Position numbers and translations under genes: made by a program. Shown here in pieces: positions 1-9,713 of a stretch of DNA of 54,857 nucleotides. How positions within the stretch are numbered: position 1 is the first letter of the stretch; every line of letters begins with the position of its first letter. The notes under the pieces are model-generated. The model was given only the letters and a program-made list of their open reading frames with translations, had not been told where the DNA came from and searched no databases. Source of the stretch: a virus (lineage: Duplodnaviria > Caudoviricetes); the IMG/VR virus record IMGVR_UViG_3300020042_004711, positions 1 through 54,857 of that record. One strand, given 5' to 3'.

Positions 1-10
1 ACCCCAAGCA

Positions 11-1000
11 ATGCCAGAGAACAAGTTCTTAACGGCAACAGAAAAGTTTATTGGCCAACAACCTGAAGTGTTTAACGAAGCAGCAGAAACCGCAAAGATT
101 AAAGCTCGTAACGAAGCCGCTGGTATTGGCACTTACGCCAATGTAATGCGCGAGCAGCAAAAAAATATGCGTGATCAGTTTGAACGCTCACGCCCAACTT
201 TGAACGAAGACATAGTGGGTATGTTAAGAAGGTACGCTAGACCCGGAGCTATGGCCGGTGATGTAGGCGACGAAGTCAATACACAGATGCGTACTGAACG
301 TGAAGCCAGAATGCAGTTTGCACAAGATCAATTTAAAGTTACTGAAGCAATTGAAAGATTGGAAGAGGCTCGCCGCACTGGTAACGTTGATAAGATTGCC
401 GCTGCTGAAGCCGCGCTTAAGAAAGCCAATATTGATCTGCGCAATCATCAAATGACTGCCGCAGCCAGCGCCGCTAGTGTTGTGTCCGCTGATCAACGAT
501 CAGCGGCTGACCGTGCCCAGCAGTTGCAGATTGAGAACGCTAAATTGCAAGCCAAAAAAGCTGAGTTAGCAATAATGAACAAAGACTCTGACATTGCCAA
601 AATAATGAAAGAGGTTGAAGCTTTAGAGAAGGCCGGAAAACCAGCGGAAGCCCTTAAAAAGCTTGAGTTGTGGGGCAAAGCCAATGCGCTTAAGATGGGC
701 GCTAAGTACGACGCCAAAGACAATGCGCCCACACCCGATCAAATTTCAAAAGCAATCACAGCTAGGTTACGTGCCATGAATGGAATGGACATACTCGATC
801 TGAAGAGTAAAGACCCAGCTAAGAGAGCAAAAGCCGAAGCTAATATTAAGGCTACTAAAGACGCGGTGCTTAAAGAATATCAAATGGGTGGCGGCGGCGG
901 TGGTAGTATGTCACCACAGGATAAACAAGCGCTTGAGTGGGCTAACTCTAATCCTAACGATCCAAGATCAGCACAGATTAAGCAAAAATTAGGGGTGTAA
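11..1000 (+). CDS. Putative internal virion/ejection protein (possibly 5'-truncated by the window edge)
   Basis: Ala/Lys/Gln-rich coiled-coil ORF; frame is open to the window start; stop sits 1 nt before the ATG of the giant virion gene. Confidence 0.55.
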   Translation: MPENKFLTATEKFIGQQPEVFNEAAETAKIKARNEAAGIGTYANVMREQQKNMRDQFERSRPTLNEDIVGMLRRYARPGAMAGDVGDEVNTQMRTEREARMQFAQDQFKVTEAIERLEEARRTGNVDKIAAAEAALKKANIDLRNHQMTAAASAASVVSADQRSAADRAQQLQIENAKLQAKKAELAIMNKDSDIAKIMKEVEALEKAGKPAEALKKLELWGKANALKMGAKYDAKDNAPTPDQISKAITARLRAMNGMDILDLKSKDPAKRAKAEANIKATKDAVLKEYQMGGGGGGSMSPQDKQALEWANSNPNDPRSAQIKQKLGV

Positions 1001-1001
1001 T

Positions 1002-4000
1002 ATGGCTTTTAACCCAGATGAGTATTTGGCCAAAAAACCATCTTCGTTTGACCCTGATGCGTACCTTAAGTCAAAGCCCGAAGAACCTACCAAAACCGGT
1101 GGGTTTTTTGGCTCTTACGGGCAAGCCTTAAAAGAACGCTCTACCACAGCACTTCCAGCAGGGCAACTTTTCTTTGGCGCTGGTGATCAGCGGGCAGCAA
1201 CAGACGAGTTGCTCAAAGCCAAAGAAGAAGCCCAATCTGTTTATAAACAAACCGAGTTTGGTGATCTTGGTACAGCGTTCAAAGAAGGTCGATACGGCGA
1301 CGCATTAGGCGGCACTCTTGACAAGTTCAAGGAAGTTGCTGGCGCGTCTCTTGGATCGCAAACTCCTGCTATCGCTGCTGGTTTAGGTACTCGTGCTGCT
1401 GTAGCAGGCGGCGCTGCTTTACTTGGCGCTGCTTCTGCGCCAGCCGCATTGCTTGGTACAGCCGCATGGGGCTTGACTACACTGGGTTCTTATATTGCTG
1501 ATGGTATCTCGCGCCAAAAAGAAGAGCAAGAGAAAAAAGGCGAGAAGTACAAAGACGTTAACCGCATGACCGCAACTGCTGCGGGTGTTGGTCAAACTGC
1601 GCTTGATGCGTTTGGGTTTAGCTACTTTAAACCACTGGGCCGACTGGTTGGTTTTTCTGGTAAAGAGTCCGCTGAAAAAGCCACAATGGAGATTGTTCAA
1701 GCCGCAACAAACCCCAATGCGTACAAGAAAGCCGTTGCAAGCGGAGTTGCAAAAGGTATTGCATTTGAAGTACCGCAAGAGGTTACACAATCAGTTCTTG
1801 AACGTTGGCAAGCGGGCTTGGCCCTCAATCCGTTCACAGACCCCGAAGCCGCTAAAGAATACTTAGAAGCTGCTGGCGGCGCTTTGCTGCTTGGCGGACC
1901 AATGGGCGCGTACAGTGGCGGTGTCAATACTTACAGAGCCCGTCAAACCCCAGAAGCGCAAGTTATGCTCCGAGACATGGAGAGTGGCGCTGCTCAAGAC
2001 ATAGGAGGAGAACCCGATGTTAACAAACCTATCAGTCCCCCAAGTGGAGCAGGCGCTCCGCTGGTTAGCGAGTCCGGTACAGGAGCCCCCGCCGCAGGAG
2101 CTGGAATCAATCAGCCAAATAGAGTGGATGATGCTGGACAGACTCTTGCAGGACCTCCAGACGGAACAGCAGTACAGTCAGGAGCACTAACAGAGCCGCC
2201 CGGTTTAATGGATAACATGCCCGGTGACGGCACACCTGCCGAGACCCTACCGTTTCTTGCGCCACAAAACGTAGACGAGTACGCAGCTCGCGCTCAGCAA
2301 GGTATACAAGCGGGTACTCTAGCGGGCACGCAAACTGTGTCTGCCAAGTACGGTAACGAAGACTTTGCGTTGACTCGAGGAGCAGTCACACCCGATGCAG
2401 TTCGTGCGTTGCAAGATGAGCAACTTAACAAAGAACTTTCTAACGTTAATCTTAGGGATGCCGAATACGCATTGGTAAAAGAAGAACAAACACGCCGTCA
2501 AGAAGCACTTGCAAAAACAAACCAACAGCAGGGTTCGTTAAGTGACTTTAAGGAAAGTTACGAAAATCTCCGCAGCGAGTTATTAAAGCTGCAAACTGAG
2601 CCGCGGCCAACAGCAGGCCAAATTCAAATGATGAGTAGGTTGTCCTCAGACATCAACGCTCTTGTAGACGCTAACGCCGAGGCAATTGTTAAATACACGG
2701 GCCAACCGGAGCTTGTTAAAGACGTTAAATCCGCTACCTTTCAAAATAAAAAAATGGTAGACCCCGGCGTTAACGCAACGTTAAAAAATCCTACGTTTGA
2801 TGCTACTGAAGTCCTGCGGGGCATGACAGGTACTACCAGCCAACCCCGAGCAATGCAGAGTAATTTGTTTGGTAAGTTTATCAACGGTAACCGTGCTGCA
2901 CAGCTTGCGGTTTCGTTTACAGGTAGCACAGAAGCGGCTATTAAATTCTTGCAAGACAAGAAACAAAAACTTACAGACGATCTGGCAAGCGGCAAACTAG
3001 ACCGGGCTTGGGCGCAGAGAATTGGTGCCCGCTACGGAATGACTCAAGGCGAGTCGGTTAACAATTTCCAGAAGGTTGCAGAGTTGTACACACAGAGCGC
3101 TGTTGCTGAAGTTGACGCGGCGCTCAATCAGTTGTCCGAGAAGAAGAGCACCCCCAAAGCCATGCAGAGCGACATGTTTGGTGAGAAGCAAAAAGCGCCA
3201 ACAGTACAAGCACCTGATCTTGTAAACAAGGGCCGCACTCTTGATTTAGTTGTTGACGGCAAAGTTACTAAAACGTATGACTTGGTAAGCCAAGGTTTAT
3301 GGGATGCGTTTAAAGGTAGACCCGAAGCACAAGAAAATTTATTGCAAAGCGCTGCAGCAAGAAAAATTAAAGACGAAGCAAACGAAGCTTTAAAAGATGC
3401 CGACCGGATTTATTCCGAACAAGCCCCTCTGTCACGAGTTGAAAACGAAGCTATCCAAGCGTTGGCTAACAATGATACGTCACTGATGAAACGTATTGTG
3501 ACTAATGTAACAATTAGAGAGTCAGTTTTGCGTATGTTGTCTTCAGCTTTGTCTTTCCCCGGAAAGCCTTACCGTGACTTTAGCGGTCTTGAAGCCATGA
3601 GTGAATATGACCCTCGCGCTAAATTAACTGCTGAAAACATTTTGCGTTACGCCCCCAAATATATGCTAGAAGGCGCGGCTATTCCCGAGAAATTTAAAAG
3701 CACGCCTAAAGCCATACAAAGTAAACTGTTTGGTGAAGGCCAGTCTAAAGACGAGAAAGTTGAACCGATTGACCCCAATGCCAAAACTATTGACATGTAC
3801 GGCGTTGATAAAACGCCCGACATTGGCAACAGGGATGAGACCCTGACCTTTGAAAACCAAGAAGCGTTTGAAACGTATCAAGAAAGACTGAAGAGATCGG
3901 CTGCGGGCGAGAAACGCAACAAGGCGCAGGCTGGTGTTGCATCCCCAACAATGTCGGCTCAAGAGCGTTTGGATGTATTGACTGCTAGAGAAACTGATCT

Positions 4001-7000
4001 TGCTAACCGGCTAGAGCGATCAAAAACTCAAAAGATTGGTAGCTCAGTAGGAGATACAGAGACAAACATAGTTCAGGGTTTGCAAAACGAACTTAACGCT
4101 GTGCGTAGAGAAATACGGGTAGCTCAGACTGAGCTAGCAACCGCTAAGCCCGCACCTACTGTAAAGAAAGTAGCGCCCGAACAAGTAGATATGTTTGGCA
4201 AACCCGTTGTAGAGAAACAACAGCAGCAAAAGACTGAAAAATCTAAATCCCAAGAAACAAAGAAAGCAAAAGAAGCGGCTGACGAATTACTTGGTACAAA
4301 GAAACGCAAGGCCCCTACCTCCATTGCTGAAGACTTTGAAGAGTTTGGTGCTGGAGTTGCCGAAGACGAGCAGACTGAAACTGATACCCAGCAGAAAGCC
4401 CGCGAAGAAGAAGTAACAAGAAAAGCGGCTGAAGCTAAACAAGCTGAAGAAGACAAAGATGCTCCTGATACAAGCACGGAGCACGTAGATAAGACTGAGG
4501 AAGCGCAGGCTATTAAACGTTTCCTTAACGCAGTTAACTTAGCCGCTCGACCTAAAAGCAAAGAAGCTGGCAAGATCACGTCGTTGAAAGATGTAATTTA
4601 TAAGCTGTTATCACGATTTGATATTACCAGGCCCGGTGAAAAATCATCACCCGGTTTAAAAGCTGCTTACAAATTTCTAACTGATATAGCGGGCGGAGAA
4701 ACCAAGTTTGATAAGCTTGTGACCAGCTTGCAGAACCCCGGCACGATGTCGCAGGCACAGTTGCTGGAAAGAGCTGGGTTCCCAAACATCACGACCCGCC
4801 GTGGGTTAGAGGAATTTAAAGACCAAGTTCAAAATTTTATTAACGCCCTTGGTGCTAAAGGCCAAAAGATAAAAATTGAACCCGGTAAAGTAGCGTACGA
4901 GTCTGACGTTGAGGTCGAAACAAAAAGAGCTATGACCCCCGGCGTTACGCCTGAAGGTAAGATTCGCAGGCCATCAATGGAGGGCGGCACTAAACAGTTT
5001 AAGGTTAGTGACACTAAGTTACGTAGTGCTTGGACCACGCTTAAGCAAATGTTTGACAGCGGCGGTGACGTTACGCCCGAGATGCTTGCAGCCAAAGCAT
5101 ACATTACAAACCCAACACGGCCTAAGTTTGGGTTTGTGCTTGCGGACTTAGCGCAGGACCTTGCACGTTGGGATGCGTTCTTAGAAGCTAAGTACGGTAT
5201 GCGTGCGGCTGATGTAAAAGAGATGACGGCCGCGGAGCGAAAGAAACTGCCGCAGACAGCCGAACAAGCAAAATTAAAAACCGACTTTGGTAGAAACGCC
5301 ACGTTCTTTGGTGAAGGTGGTGCGTATGCAGAAAGCTTCCAGCGTTGGATTGAGCAGAACCTAGACCCCAAAACAATTGCCACGCTTAACGAGATGGTTG
5401 CGAACGAACGCGCAAACATGGACGAAGAAATTAAATTTAACAAAGCTGTTACTTTGTTTAACTTAGAAGTTCAAAAGCGTAAGACCGCAAGCGCTCAAGC
5501 CAGAATTGCAACGGCAGAGAAAGTTACAAACCAGCAACTTCGTCTTGATAAACGTAAGCAGGCTAAAGAAGCCGCGGCTGCTGTTGAAGATATTGAGACT
5601 GAGGGCGAAGACGCCGTAATGGAAGCACCGGTTGATTTACGCAACCTGCCTACTAAACAAAAGCTGCACCCCGCTGTTGTACGCGCCATAGAAGCTGGCG
5701 ACCTAAAAGGTGCGTTAAAGATTATGGCGGGCGATAAGACCAACGGTTACTTTAAGGATTTAGCGCAACGTTTGTTAGAAGCGGGCCTTACGGCAAAAAC
5801 TAAAGTGATGCCGCAAAGCGCAATTGAGTCTTTGGAAAATGATCCTCAGATTAAAGAGACACTTAACAACCAACTTCGTGCGCTACGCGACATAGTTGAG
5901 ACAAGCTTGCCGGAAGTACAACGTGGTGAGCTGCTGTCCGCGCTGTCGTCAAAGAATTTGTTTGACGTTAATGCTGCTGTAATTGAGCTTAAAGACGCGC
6001 TTACTAACGAATCGCAACTAGAGATTGTTAACGAAACCCAGAAGCTGTTAGACAATCAATTTAATTGGGATGCAAAGTACGATCCCGATACCGACACACT
6101 CACAATGCGTCGGGGTATGATGGACAACAACGTGTTCTTTCATGAAGCACTACACGCGGCCACCATACACCTGATTGACAACCCCGATAAGTTATCAGGC
6201 GAACGTAAACAAGCCTACAACCGACTGCTCGAGTTGTACAACTACTCCAAGGGTACGTTAGCCAGCGAACATTTAGGTAACTACGGGCTTAAAGACTTGC
6301 ACGAGTTTGTGTCTGAGGCGATGTCTAACCTAGACTTCCAAACTTTGTTGCGTGGTATGCGTTACAAGTCAGCTACGTTCTCGTTGTGGAACGAGTTTAC
6401 CGCTGCCATCACCAAACTGTTTAAGACTCCTTCTAAAGAAGAGAGTGACGTGATGGTGGAAGTTATGCGTGCCACCAACATTTTAATGGCTGGCCCGATG
6501 GGTATGGAGAACGTAACGGGCACTAAGTCAACGCCTAAAGCGATGTCGAGGATTGCGTTGAAGGCTGTGCCCGCTGGTATGTCGCAGCCTACACCGGCCA
6601 CAATTAGTAAGCTAATGACGGCTTCGCAATGGAACGAAATCCGCCGTGACATGCCGTACATCCTCAGTACCGCTACGTCCGCTACACGCCCACAGCTCCT
6701 CGGTGCGTTAACGTTGCGTCAAATTGATGATTTAGTCCGCGGCCGTATTCCACAGGTTGGCAACTTTATCCAAGTAGTAGAACGTTTCCTTGCCCGTAAA
6801 AATAATATTTTGCGCGAGTCTGGAGAAATCTCACAACGTTGGGAAGAGATGCAACGTAAGTACCCTGATATGTCACGAATGTTGGCAAAGGTTATGCACT
6901 CTGCAACAATTAAGCAGTTTGATCCAGACCCTATGACATGGGAAGCTAACAATTACACCGCTGCGCAAAAAGCTGAAAACCAAGATATCACTGATATGTG

Positions 7001-9422
7001 GGTAAAGCTAACGCCCGAAGCTAAAAGAATCTACAGAGATGTACGCAAGTTTTATGAGTCACGGTACTCAGAGTATCAGACGGTGCTTAACACACGTATT
7101 GCGGATATGAAAGCTCTTGGTGTAACCGATAAGGAAATTAACAACATCAAAGAAGAGTTTGAGAAAACTCGGCAGAGGGGCCCATACTTCCCGTTGATGC
7201 GCCACGGTCGCTTCTGGTATCAGGTTGGTGAGGGCGCAACCCGTGAGTACTACATGTTTGAAACCCAAGGGCAAAAAGAAAAGCACTTGGCGCAACGACT
7301 TCAAAAAGACCCCAAGTTAGCGGACAGCTTAAAAGAAGGCAGTACTTACAAAGGCCAGATGGATTTGCACGCAAGGCAGTCTCAATTTTTACAGAACTCT
7401 TTTGAGGCAATTGATAGCGCTACATTCAAAGGCTCAGAAGAAGCAATTGAATTGCAAAAGCAAGTACTAAAAGACAGCATCTATCAAAACTACTTGGCCA
7501 ACCAGCCAGAGCAGAGCTTCCGCAAAGCGTTTATGAACCGCAACAACATTGCTGGCTATTCAGAAGATGCGCTGCGTAACTTTGCACGCTCATCATTCCA
7601 TATGGGCTATCAGCTATCACGATTTGAAAACTCGCCTGATATGTTCTCAAACATTCAAGCTGCGCGTATGCAGATTAAAGATAGACGAGACGGCTACGAC
7701 CCTAAAATTATTAAAGAGAACAATGAGCTGAGCGACTACGTTACTGAAATGGAGAGTCGGTTACAGCTCATGCTTAACCCACCAAATCAATTTAATCTGT
7801 TTGGTTTTGTTACGCCCTCGTTGTTGTCCAACATAGGTTTTATCTGGTACTTGACCGCGCCAGCATCTGCTATTACCAACGTACTAGGTGGCGCAATCAT
7901 TGGTATTCCTACACTGGTGGGTATGAACCTGCGAATGAATCCCAATATGTCTTACGCGCAAGCAACTGTTAACGCGTTATGGCAGACCAAGAAGGCGGCC
8001 TCGCAAATTATAAGTACCGGCTTTGGCAATAAAAGAGACGGTTATTTCCCATCTATGAACCGGTTTAAAGGAATGTCTGATGTTGAACAACAGGCATACG
8101 AACGGTTTGTAGGTGACGGTCTAATTGATATTACCGCTACATACGACCAGTCAGGTCTAGCTTCGGCCCCAACGGGCGATCAGTTTGGCGTTGCACACAA
8201 AGGTATGCAGATAATGACTGGGTTGTTCCACAACGCTGAGCGGTTTAACCGCGAAGTGATGGCCATGTCTGCGTTCCGTCAAGCTATGGATGCACGTAAA
8301 GGCCGTAAAGACAAAGACGCGGCGTTTGAAGAAGCCGTGCTTGCGGCTAAAGACGTAACCCACCGGGCTATGTTTGACTATTCCTCGGCAAACAAACCAC
8401 GTTTCTTTCAGAACCCGGTTGCTGGCGTAATACTACAGTTCAAACAGTTCCCCCAACAGATGACATTTTTCTTGACGCACAACGCACTAAACATGTGGAA
8501 GGGCGAGTCACCTGAAATTAGGCGCGAAGCACGCGCACGGTTTGTTGGAACCATGGGCATGGCGGGCATTTTCTCAGGTGTAACTGGCATCTGGGGCTTC
8601 GCAACTGTAGCAAGCATCGCAAACGCTGTGTTCAATGGGCTGAGCGATGAAGAAGAACCGTTCGACTTTGAGCTTGAGTTTATAAACTGGGCGATTAATA
8701 CGTTTGGTGTAAACATGGGCACGATGATTACTCGCGGTATTGGTAACGCTGCGGGCATTGATATCGCAAGTCGTACCAAGCTTGATGACATGTGGTTCCG
8801 CGATAGCCGTAAAAACCAAGACGAAGTAGAAGCCTTGCAGTCATTCTTGGTAGACTTGCTAGGTCCCACGGTGGGACTGACCGTTACAGCAGCGCGTGCT
8901 ACTCAGTTATGGAATGAAGGCCACGCTGATCGTGCAATTGAATCCATACTGCCCGCTTTTGCTAAAGCGCCTATGACTGCTATTCGTTACGGTAGAGAAG
9001 GTGCAAATACCCTAAAAGGTGATCCGCTGATGGAAGAAATGGGGCCGTTCTATTTGTTGATGCAGTCCCTTGGTATCCGTAACGCTGAACTTGCAGAGCG
9101 TCAGTTTTATAACATTCAGATCAAAGGGCAGGAACAAGCGGTGAAAAAAGAACGCGATAACCTTTTGAACCTGTTTGCACTTGGCTTTACGTCTGGCGAT
9201 TCCGACACTGCTGATAAAGCCTTAGACAAAATTTATAAGTTCAACGACAAGCACACTAGTATGGCCATACCAGCGGATGCAATTACAAAGTCTATTTTGA
9301 ACCGCCTGAAAAAATCTGCCGAGACAGATCACGGTCTGTACATTGACAAGAAAATGCGCGGCGTGCTGGGTGATACGGATTACATGAGCGCTATTAGCGA
9401 CAACAACGAAGACGAGGATTAA
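1002..9422 (+). CDS. Giant (2806 aa) internal virion / large polyvalent-type protein with zincin HExxH and PLxRFG-like motifs
   Basis: N-terminal Gly/Ala-rich hydrophobic segments typical of ejection proteins; FFHEALH at ~6141; YFPLMRHG at ~7191; helical C-terminal region; last gene of the + strand virion block. Confidence 0.7.
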   Translation: MAFNPDEYLAKKPSSFDPDAYLKSKPEEPTKTGGFFGSYGQALKERSTTALPAGQLFFGAGDQRAATDELLKAKEEAQSVYKQTEFGDLGTAFKEGRYGDALGGTLDKFKEVAGASLGSQTPAIAAGLGTRAAVAGGAALLGAASAPAALLGTAAWGLTTLGSYIADGISRQKEEQEKKGEKYKDVNRMTATAAGVGQTALDAFGFSYFKPLGRLVGFSGKESAEKATMEIVQAATNPNAYKKAVASGVAKGIAFEVPQEVTQSVLERWQAGLALNPFTDPEAAKEYLEAAGGALLLGGPMGAYSGGVNTYRARQTPEAQVMLRDMESGAAQDIGGEPDVNKPISPPSGAGAPLVSESGTGAPAAGAGINQPNRVDDAGQTLAGPPDGTAVQSGALTEPPGLMDNMPGDGTPAETLPFLAPQNVDEYAARAQQGIQAGTLAGTQTVSAKYGNEDFALTRGAVTPDAVRALQDEQLNKELSNVNLRDAEYALVKEEQTRRQEALAKTNQQQGSLSDFKESYENLRSELLKLQTEPRPTAGQIQMMSRLSSDINALVDANAEAIVKYTGQPELVKDVKSATFQNKKMVDPGVNATLKNPTFDATEVLRGMTGTTSQPRAMQSNLFGKFINGNRAAQLAVSFTGSTEAAIKFLQDKKQKLTDDLASGKLDRAWAQRIGARYGMTQGESVNNFQKVAELYTQSAVAEVDAALNQLSEKKSTPKAMQSDMFGEKQKAPTVQAPDLVNKGRTLDLVVDGKVTKTYDLVSQGLWDAFKGRPEAQENLLQSAAARKIKDEANEALKDADRIYSEQAPLSRVENEAIQALANNDTSLMKRIVTNVTIRESVLRMLSSALSFPGKPYRDFSGLEAMSEYDPRAKLTAENILRYAPKYMLEGAAIPEKFKSTPKAIQSKLFGEGQSKDEKVEPIDPNAKTIDMYGVDKTPDIGNRDETLTFENQEAFETYQERLKRSAAGEKRNKAQAGVASPTMSAQERLDVLTARETDLANRLERSKTQKIGSSVGDTETNIVQGLQNELNAVRREIRVAQTELATAKPAPTVKKVAPEQVDMFGKPVVEKQQQQKTEKSKSQETKKAKEAADELLGTKKRKAPTSIAEDFEEFGAGVAEDEQTETDTQQKAREEEVTRKAAEAKQAEEDKDAPDTSTEHVDKTEEAQAIKRFLNAVNLAARPKSKEAGKITSLKDVIYKLLSRFDITRPGEKSSPGLKAAYKFLTDIAGGETKFDKLVTSLQNPGTMSQAQLLERAGFPNITTRRGLEEFKDQVQNFINALGAKGQKIKIEPGKVAYESDVEVETKRAMTPGVTPEGKIRRPSMEGGTKQFKVSDTKLRSAWTTLKQMFDSGGDVTPEMLAAKAYITNPTRPKFGFVLADLAQDLARWDAFLEAKYGMRAADVKEMTAAERKKLPQTAEQAKLKTDFGRNATFFGEGGAYAESFQRWIEQNLDPKTIATLNEMVANERANMDEEIKFNKAVTLFNLEVQKRKTASAQARIATAEKVTNQQLRLDKRKQAKEAAAAVEDIETEGEDAVMEAPVDLRNLPTKQKLHPAVVRAIEAGDLKGALKIMAGDKTNGYFKDLAQRLLEAGLTAKTKVMPQSAIESLENDPQIKETLNNQLRALRDIVETSLPEVQRGELLSALSSKNLFDVNAAVIELKDALTNESQLEIVNETQKLLDNQFNWDAKYDPDTDTLTMRRGMMDNNVFFHEALHAATIHLIDNPDKLSGERKQAYNRLLELYNYSKGTLASEHLGNYGLKDLHEFVSEAMSNLDFQTLLRGMRYKSATFSLWNEFTAAITKLFKTPSKEESDVMVEVMRATNILMAGPMGMENVTGTKSTPKAMSRIALKAVPAGMSQPTPATISKLMTASQWNEIRRDMPYILSTATSATRPQLLGALTLRQIDDLVRGRIPQVGNFIQVVERFLARKNNILRESGEISQRWEEMQRKYPDMSRMLAKVMHSATIKQFDPDPMTWEANNYTAAQKAENQDITDMWVKLTPEAKRIYRDVRKFYESRYSEYQTVLNTRIADMKALGVTDKEINNIKEEFEKTRQRGPYFPLMRHGRFWYQVGEGATREYYMFETQGQKEKHLAQRLQKDPKLADSLKEGSTYKGQMDLHARQSQFLQNSFEAIDSATFKGSEEAIELQKQVLKDSIYQNYLANQPEQSFRKAFMNRNNIAGYSEDALRNFARSSFHMGYQLSRFENSPDMFSNIQAARMQIKDRRDGYDPKIIKENNELSDYVTEMESRLQLMLNPPNQFNLFGFVTPSLLSNIGFIWYLTAPASAITNVLGGAIIGIPTLVGMNLRMNPNMSYAQATVNALWQTKKAASQIISTGFGNKRDGYFPSMNRFKGMSDVEQQAYERFVGDGLIDITATYDQSGLASAPTGDQFGVAHKGMQIMTGLFHNAERFNREVMAMSAFRQAMDARKGRKDKDAAFEEAVLAAKDVTHRAMFDYSSANKPRFFQNPVAGVILQFKQFPQQMTFFLTHNALNMWKGESPEIRREARARFVGTMGMAGIFSGVTGIWGFATVASIANAVFNGLSDEEEPFDFELEFINWAINTFGVNMGTMITRGIGNAAGIDIASRTKLDDMWFRDSRKNQDEVEALQSFLVDLLGPTVGLTVTAARATQLWNEGHADRAIESILPAFAKAPMTAIRYGREGANTLKGDPLMEEMGPFYLLMQSLGIRNAELAERQFYNIQIKGQEQAVKKERDNLLNLFALGFTSGDSDTADKALDKIYKFNDKHTSMAIPADAITKSILNRLKKSAETDHGLYIDKKMRGVLGDTDYMSAISDNNEDED

Positions 9423-9452
9423 AAAAACCCCGCTAAGTTTCCCTAGCGGGGT
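9421..9452 (-). terminator. Rho-independent terminator at the convergence of the virion and replication operons
   Basis: ACCCCGCTA-8nt-TAGCGGGGT stem followed by a T run on the - strand. Confidence 0.8.
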
Positions 9453-9506
9453 AAATCCAACTCAAGGACAAGCAACTAACAACCAACCAAGGATGTCGGG
9501 GTTAGT

Positions 9507-9713
9507 TTACTTCTTTTTTCTCCAGACACGCAAGCCTTTTACGTTGTCCTCAATAACAATTTTTACAATGACGGCGTAGCCCAGCCGGGCCATTTTGCGT
9601 TCTATAAGCTGTTTACCAGCAGTAACCCCTACACAGGGGATAAAGAATGAGCTACCAATGGTGAACTCACGCCAATCCAATTCGTAAGTAACCCCATCAA
9701 CTCTCATTACCAA
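9507..9713 (-). CDS. Small hypothetical phage protein
   Basis: 68-aa ORF overlapping the primase-helicase stop; ends just before the terminator. Confidence 0.6.
   Translation of the reverse strand: MVMRVDGVTYELDWREFTIGSSFFIPCVGVTAGKQLIERKMARLGYAVIVKIVIEDNVKGLRVWRKKK

Noticed and set aside
1419-8869. Many antisense ORFs of 60-200 aa (here and opposite other long genes)
   Set aside because: They are shadows of long coding frames, with no RBS or motif support
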